A stretch of DNA of 63,861 bases, counting the filler, from Octopus bimaculoides (lineage: Eukaryota), in the NCBI RefSeq assembly GCF_001194135.2. It is 3 parts of 2 records of this genome, joined end to end, with 100 filler letters (N's around TTAATTAATTAA, not from the genome) between each part and the next. Parts side by side here need not be neighbours in the genome. Positions count along the whole stretch, not along the records: positions 37,306 to 63,861 come from NC_068999.1; 2 more parts are not named here. The stretch is one strand, 5' to 3'. Position numbers and translations under genes: made by a program. Shown in pieces: positions 60,489 to 63,861 of this stretch. Within the stretch, counting starts at the first letter, position 1; every line of letters starts with the position of its first letter. A model generated the notes under the pieces. It made no database searches, was not told the DNA's origin, and saw nothing but the letters and a program-made list of their open reading frames with translations.

Positions 60489-60943
60489 GGATCTTTTTTA
60501 AAACGGGGGCCACATTTTTCATTAACGAAACACTTTGAAAATTGGAACACTGGTAGAATGTGTCATATAAAACATCTTTTTCTCTTAGTCTTCTTAAAAA
60601 AAAAAGAAATCCATAAATTATTCCATGTTAAAGTTGTCGTATTTCTGTAATTTCAACCAATCACTGACGTCCATTNNNNNNNNNNGAAGGTATGGAGATT
60701 AAATACGCTTTACATCGCTTAATGAGCCAAAGGAGTAAATGTAAACAACTGAATACTTGTCAGTGATTGGTTGAAATTATCGAAATAAGACAATTTTTTA
60801 CATGAAATAAATTTGAATACAAAAATATTTTTCTGTTCTATAACACAAAATAGATAAGTATACGAAGTTTGAAAGTCTTTCGGTACCAAAAACACTACGT
60901 AAAACATTAATGAAAAATGTGGCCCCCGTTTTAAAAAAGATCC
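60489..60943. mobile_element. GGATC-terminated MITE with 37-bp TIR and 8-bp TSD (Merlin-like by inference)
   Basis: TIR GGATCTTTTTTAAAACGGGGGCCACATTTTTCATTAA at 60489-60525 and its inverse at 60907-60943; TSD CATTATGT at 60481-60488 and 60944-60951; inner inverted block AATTTCAACCAATCACTGAC/GTCAGTGATTGGTTGAAATT. Confidence 0.95.
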
Positions 60944-61969
60944 CATTATGTCCTATTTTGTTCATTAGGATGTTTTCGCTCCTTATATTTCTGTTAGCTT
61001 ATTGAAAGGTGACATTTCGCTTTGACTTTTCCTATTAATTTTATGATGAGACAAACTACTATCAATAACGGACGAATTCTTAAAATACTCCTTTCTTTAA
61101 TGGTAAATACGGCAAGCGTTTGAAATATCATATAGTCTTTTTAAAGAATTATAATTAGTTTTGTTTTTAATTATTATTTCAATATCTAATAGAGCAATTA
61201 CCACAGGTCTGTGAATGTGGGTTTGGAGGTTATGGATGGAAAGGTGTGTGTGTGTGTATTTATGTTATGCTTTGCCATTTGTTTAAAAGAAAATTTTATG
61301 TCACGTGTTGTTTGTAGGTGTGTACCTGAGGGCAAGAAATGTTAATTTGTCATGTTACTTGGTTCTATGTCTATGTACAGAGGATATTTAGAAATGTTTT
61401 GCATGTGTGTGTGTGTGTGTGTGTGGGGTTTGAATAATGCAGATAGAGAGGTTAGAAGGTGTGAGTGCTTGTGTGCATTTTAGATTGTTTTGTTTATTGT
61501 GTTTACTCCCAAAAGAAACAGGTACTTGTAGATGTGGATACTTGTGTGCGAGTGTATTGTGTGAGGAGAATATTCGCATGTTATTGTGTGGGTGTTTATT
61601 TAGGATAAACTATTCAATGCGCCCTTTATTAAAAATTGTAGGGTGTTTTTGAAAAACATTCAGTTGCTATGTCTAGCAGAGCAAGTGACCACATAGAGAG
61701 CCCCCTTCTTCACAGGTGGAGAAGGTGGGGTTTGAAATTGTGATTCCAGATTTGTCATTTAATTAAAACCTTGCAAAAACAAAGTATTCTTAAAAAAGAA
61801 AAACAGAAGGCGTGTGGGGTAACTTGACTGCAATAAGCTGTGTCCAAGTAAAAGATGAGATGGTCACAACTGGAATGACTGATCATAATGCCTGCTTGAT
61901 CAGATTTGACTTTTGGCTAAAAAGCAACATCAATATATTTTTTCATCACTATCATCATCTATGTATGCA

Positions 61970-62115
61970 TAGTTGTGTGGTTAAAACGTTTGCTTCCTAA
62001 CCAAACGATTGCAGGAGCGGTCCCTCTGCATAGCATCTCGAGTAAAAGTCTTCTATTGTGGTTTTGAGCCTACCAAAGAATGTGTGAGTGGATTTAGTAG
62101 ACGGAAACTGAGAGG
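61970..62115 (+). mobile_element. SINE family A, 5' half, diverged
   Basis: GTTGTGTGGTTAAAACGTTTGCTTCCTAACC...GAATGTGTGAGTGGATTTAGTAGACGGAAACTGA. Confidence 0.75.
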
Positions 62116-62486
62116 AGCTTGCATTGTGTGTGTGTGTGTTGTGCATGTGTACGTCTGTGTGTGCGTGTGTGTGTGTGTTCGTGTCTGTCTTTACCTCATG
62201 TGATAATAAACAAGGGGTACTGGCATGCAAGCGGTGTCATTTATTTGCAGCCTTTTGTGGAAACATGTCCAACCATGGGGAAATATTATTATCTTGCATG
62301 GAAACAAGTGAGATCTGATAACGAAGGGCATCTAATCATAGAAAATCGTCCTCAATAAACTCCATCTATCCCATTGCAAGTATGAAAAAGTGGGTGTTAA
62401 AAGGCTGCTGATGATGATAATGTGTGTGTGTGTGTGCGTGTTTATTTACATACATACATGGATACATGCATACATACATACATACA

Positions 62487-62588
<102 letters not shown>

Positions 62589-62855
62589 AAAATATGGGAT
62601 TAAAAAATTCTGGCAGATATCAAGTAAGTACTCAGTATAAAGGAATAAGGTTACATTTCCAACAAGTAGATACCAGTAAATGTATGTAGAATACGAATCC
62701 CAGGTAAATCCTCATGTTTGGCAGGTAAATCCAACAATCCTTATGTAGAATTTTAATAAATTCAGAGTATTCAACAACAACCAATAATATGTACGAAGAA
62801 AATCATATCTTTATTTTAGATGACGCCTTAAAAACCCAACAGTTGTTTCAATCGC

Positions 62856-62888
<33 letters not shown>

Positions 62889-63099
62889 TATATATTTGAT
62901 CCTTTATATTGAACACTCAATATTTCATCTACATTCAATACTTTATTTCATGGTGCCATCCATTTTTATTTTATTTTATATTATATATTGTATATTATAT
63001 TATATATTGTATATTCCATATTCTATACCCCACATTAGTTCTGCAGGAATATAAATAAAACATAAAAAACAGACAGTGTTGGAACTCTTTTAAGCAAAA
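62856..63099 (+). repeat. About 250-bp AT-rich dispersed repeat, copy 2
   Basis: Near-identical to 47977-48222, same orientation. Confidence 0.9.
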
Positions 63100-63676
63100 T
63101 AATATATTCCTCTATACACAATCATACAAAAAAATCCACCTTTTTTTGTATTTATTTTTACTCGCANNNNNNNNNNNNNNNNNNNNNNNNNNNNNNNNNN
63201 NNNNNNNNNNNNNNNNNNNNNNNNNNNNNNNNNNNNNNNNNNNNNNNNNNNNNNNNNNNNNNNNNNNNNNNNNNNNNNNNNNNNNNNNNNNNNNNNNNNN
63301 NAAAAAAAAAACATGGACAAAAAAGGAACGGGAACATAAACAAAGCACAAAAAACGAACTTTTTTTCGGACAACAGAATGAACACATAGGAAAACAGACA
63401 AGCCACATATGGAACTTTTCTTTCATCAGCTGCCTCTATTCTAAACTAGGCGTTTATATATAATTAATAAAAATATGTACGAAAATTTATGTCAACACAG
63501 TTTTATTAAGGTAATCCAAAGTGGTGAAATTCTAACGGAATATCTGAAAAACTTTTAGCTGTTAAAAAACACTAAGAAAAAAAATGCCAAACCAAATTTA
63601 GACATTCAGTCAACCAAGAACGACGTCATTGAATAACTAAATTATTTTGTAAAAATAAAATGTAAAAAATACCATA

Positions 63677-63841
63677 GGCGCAGGAGTGGCTGTGTGGTAA
63701 GAAGCTTGCTTACCAACCACATGGTTCCGGATTCACTCCCACTGCGTGACACCTTGAGCAAATGTCTGCAACTATAGCCTCGGGCCGACCAAATCTTATG
63801 AGTAGATTTGTTAGACTGGAACTGAAAGAAGCCCGTCGTAT
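63677..63841 (+). mobile_element. SINE family A, 5' half (runs into the window end)
   Basis: GGCGCAGGAGTGGCTGTGTGGTAAGAAGCTTGCTTACCAACCACATGGTTCCGG...GAAAGAAGCCCGTCGTA. Confidence 0.92.
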
Positions 63842-63861
63842 ATATATATATATATATATAT

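Overview
AT-rich, gap-riddled draft-assembly window of animal genomic DNA. The SINE families, microsatellite density and repeat mix point to an octopus or similar coleoid cephalopod; this is my recognition, not a database result. I cannot support any intact host protein-coding gene, and most of the ORF track is microsatellite or N-gap artefact. The window is a nested layer of transposable elements: three tRNA-derived SINE families (about 25 copies), a near-complete decayed maT (DD37D) Tc1/mariner, a fold-back mariner derivative, a mariner MITE, hAT MITEs (one with a perfect 8-bp TSD), a family of GGATC-terminated fold-back MITEs, a FLYWCH/Mutator-like remnant, and LINE remnants (RTE twice, CR1-like, R4/Dong-like, Penelope two to three times). 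The most interesting signals are: (1) a Penelope element whose terminal repeat carries a tRNA-like Pol III head just upstream of a minimal hammerhead ribozyme, with an intact inverted ribozyme copy at its 5' junction; (2) a second hammerhead-like motif next to a 250-bp element that occurs twice; (3) a telomeric-repeat hairpin inside a MITE; (4) a sharply bounded CpG-depleted block at 16.6-23 kb. Assembly artefacts are also visible: two 100-bp six-frame-stop spacers and an Illumina adapter remnant. I see no evidence for a wholly new biological system; the best candidates are variations on known retroelement-ribozyme biology.
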